This document shows positions 28,772-30,445 of a DNA stretch of 30,445 nt, one piece after another (position 1 is the first letter of the stretch; each line of letters begins with the position of its first letter). Under the pieces are notes generated by a model. It worked only from the letters and a program-made list of their open reading frames with translations. It searched no databases and was not told where the DNA came from. The stretch spans positions 434,001 through 464,445 of the forward strand of contig ML996708.1 in the NCBI GenBank assembly GCA_010356995.1, in the 5' to 3' direction. This stretch comes from Trichodelitschia bisporula. Lineage: Eukaryota. A program made the position numbers and the translations under genes.

Positions 28772-29854
28772 CTACAAATAATGTGCCAAATGCCCCGGCA
28801 CCCTGGCGCGACACTTCTCACAATCCTCCCTCCACCCAAAGAAAACCTTCCTCTTCTCGCCATTCACCATCGCCCCGCTCCGCTTCCGCCCGGGCGTCAC
28901 GGGACTCACGATCCCATCCGCCCAGCAGTCCCCACCCTCAAGCCCCGCACTCCGCACCCCCCCCCCATCGTAATCAACATCCATTCCCTCCCCCTCCCCC
29001 CCAAAACTCAACCTACTCAGCCCCCTTTCCGCATCCGCACACTCCGCAATAGGACTCGGCATCGTCACCGCCCTGCCATGGTGGATCAACGGCGGCGTAT
29101 CAGGATGTCTACCGAACCCACTCGGGGGCGCGAGGTGGATCGGCCTCGGCGCGCGCGGCCTGCTCCACGCCGGTGGCTGGGGTGTTGGGATCAGGAATGT
29201 GGGGAAGTGCGGGTGCATAGGCGTCGGGATGCGGGCGGTGGGCGGCGGGGAGGCGAGCGGGTCGAGGAGGAGCGGTTTGGGCGGCGGGTGGGGGTGGTGG
29301 AGGNNNNNNNNNNNNNNNNNNNNNNNNNNNNNNNNNNNNNNNNNNNNNNNNNNNNNNNNNNNNNNNNNNNNNNNNNNNNNNNNNNNNNNNNNNNNNNNNN
29401 NNNNNNNNNNNNNNNNNNNNNNNNNNNNNNNNNNNNNNNNNGGTGGGGAGGAAGGAGGTGGAGGTAGGGGGATGCGAGGGTGTCCAGGTGGAGGAGGGTG
29501 TCCATATGGATGAGGCTGTTAGTTGCGAGGTAGGCGTCCATGCGGTGGAGGCCGTGAGCTGTGACGAGGGCGTCCACGTCGAGGCCGTGAGCTGCGAAGA
29601 AGGTGTCCAGGAATCCGCGGTTGAGGCCGTAGGCGTCCAGAAGCTGGAGGCGGAGAACTGTGTGGGCGCGGGGGCGGTGGAGAACGGTATTTGCACTGTG
29701 ATGCCGCTGCCGCGGGGGGTGAGGTTGCGTCGCTGTTGAGGTTAGAGTTGCGACGCGAGGCTGGACGGCGCTACGATACCTTCTCAAAGCGCAGCGCGAA
29801 CGGGTCGACGTCGACGCCGTCGTCGTCCTCTTCGCGCGAGCGCTTGTGCGCCAT
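28772..29854 (-). CDS. Hypothetical protein with WTP repeats and C-terminal CxxC-H-H motif; interrupted by an assembly gap
   Basis: ATG at 29854 (MAHKRSREEDDD..FEK), intron 29733-29779 (gtatcg..ctaac..cag), exon 2 RRNLTP..WTP repeats. After the gap: RIPTPMHPHF..MPSPIAE..GWREDCEKCRARVPGHLAHYL, resembling a recurrent ascomycete hypothetical family. Confidence 0.7.
29304..29441. other. Assembly gap (138 N)
   Basis: Run of N flanked by G-rich low-complexity sequence. Confidence 0.99.
29475..29645 (-). repeat. Coding minisatellite (~33-36 nt units) encoding WTP(S/T)SQLTAS repeats
   Basis: gaggccgtgagctg(t/c)ga..gg(c/t)gtcca is repeated; six WTP occurrences in the translation. Confidence 0.85.
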
Positions 29855-30445
29855 GGGGCGCGGGGGAGGGAGGGGCGTGGAGAACATAATAAGGATCCGA
29901 TGGGACGGAGCACGAAGCGCGCGGGAAAGAGGATGATGGAATGAGGGAACAAGGGAAGTCGTTTGCCCGTGCTTGTGCTGCGTTGTTCTGCCTGCCGAAA
30001 TGAAAAACAGAGACGCTGGGTGCGCGGAGTGGAATGAAAAATAGGGGGGAAGACGCTTCGCCGCTTCTTCTTCACCCTTTCTCCTTTCGTTTCGCCCTTT
30101 GGTCTCCGCCTTCGTCTCAAGATGCGGGAAACATTGTCGGGCTGTGCGGTTTGCGGCTGCGGCAACGTTTCGGGTCGCGGGCAGGGGTGGGAGGGGGCGG
30201 GGCGGGGGTGAATGATTTCTGCCTTGTTGCCTGGATACTCGGGAACTGCCGACTGCAAACGATGCGGGCCGGCGGTTGATCCGATCCCACAAATAGATCA
30301 ATATCAACCGAGTTGACTTGACGTGATCTTACCGTAGTGTTCTGGAGCAAAAAAAGTCAAAAACATACAGCAGTTGGGATTCGCTGCTGGTCACCCACGC
30401 AACTACTAGTCAACCGGTTCGAAGCTTAACTTCAGTGAGCAGACG

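Overview
Eukaryotic DNA from a GC-rich, gene-dense filamentous ascomycete (Pezizomycotina-like), with mostly 43-56 nt GT-AG introns and CTRAC branch points. I reconstructed 15 protein-coding genes by hand. In order: TOF1 (5' part, -), a mitochondrial 3-hydroxyacyl/3-hydroxybutyryl-CoA dehydrogenase (+), a TRI12-family MFS transporter (+), a repeat-rich orphan ORF (-), a PAQR/IZH receptor (-), a PCI-like protein (+), a GRE2-like ketoreductase (+), NTF2 (+), TVP18 (+), an AIM21-like gene (+), inositol monophosphatase (-), a HotDog thioesterase (+), a thiolase (+), a Lys-tailed hypothetical gene (-) and the succinyl-CoA ligase beta subunit (+). A 16th gene, a hypothetical with WTP repeats and a CxxC-H-H tail (-), spans an assembly gap. 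The most interesting stretch is the ~2.6 kb gap between TVP18 and AIM21, which has no recognisable protein gene. On the minus strand it has a TTAGGG-type template-like motif (AACCCUAG) directly after a hairpin, many stems, and a perfect Sm site (AAUUUUUGA). It is a good but unproven candidate for the telomerase RNA gene. No transposons, CRISPR arrays, tRNA or rRNA were recognised. All gene models, folds and family assignments are by eye and from memory; no searches were run.
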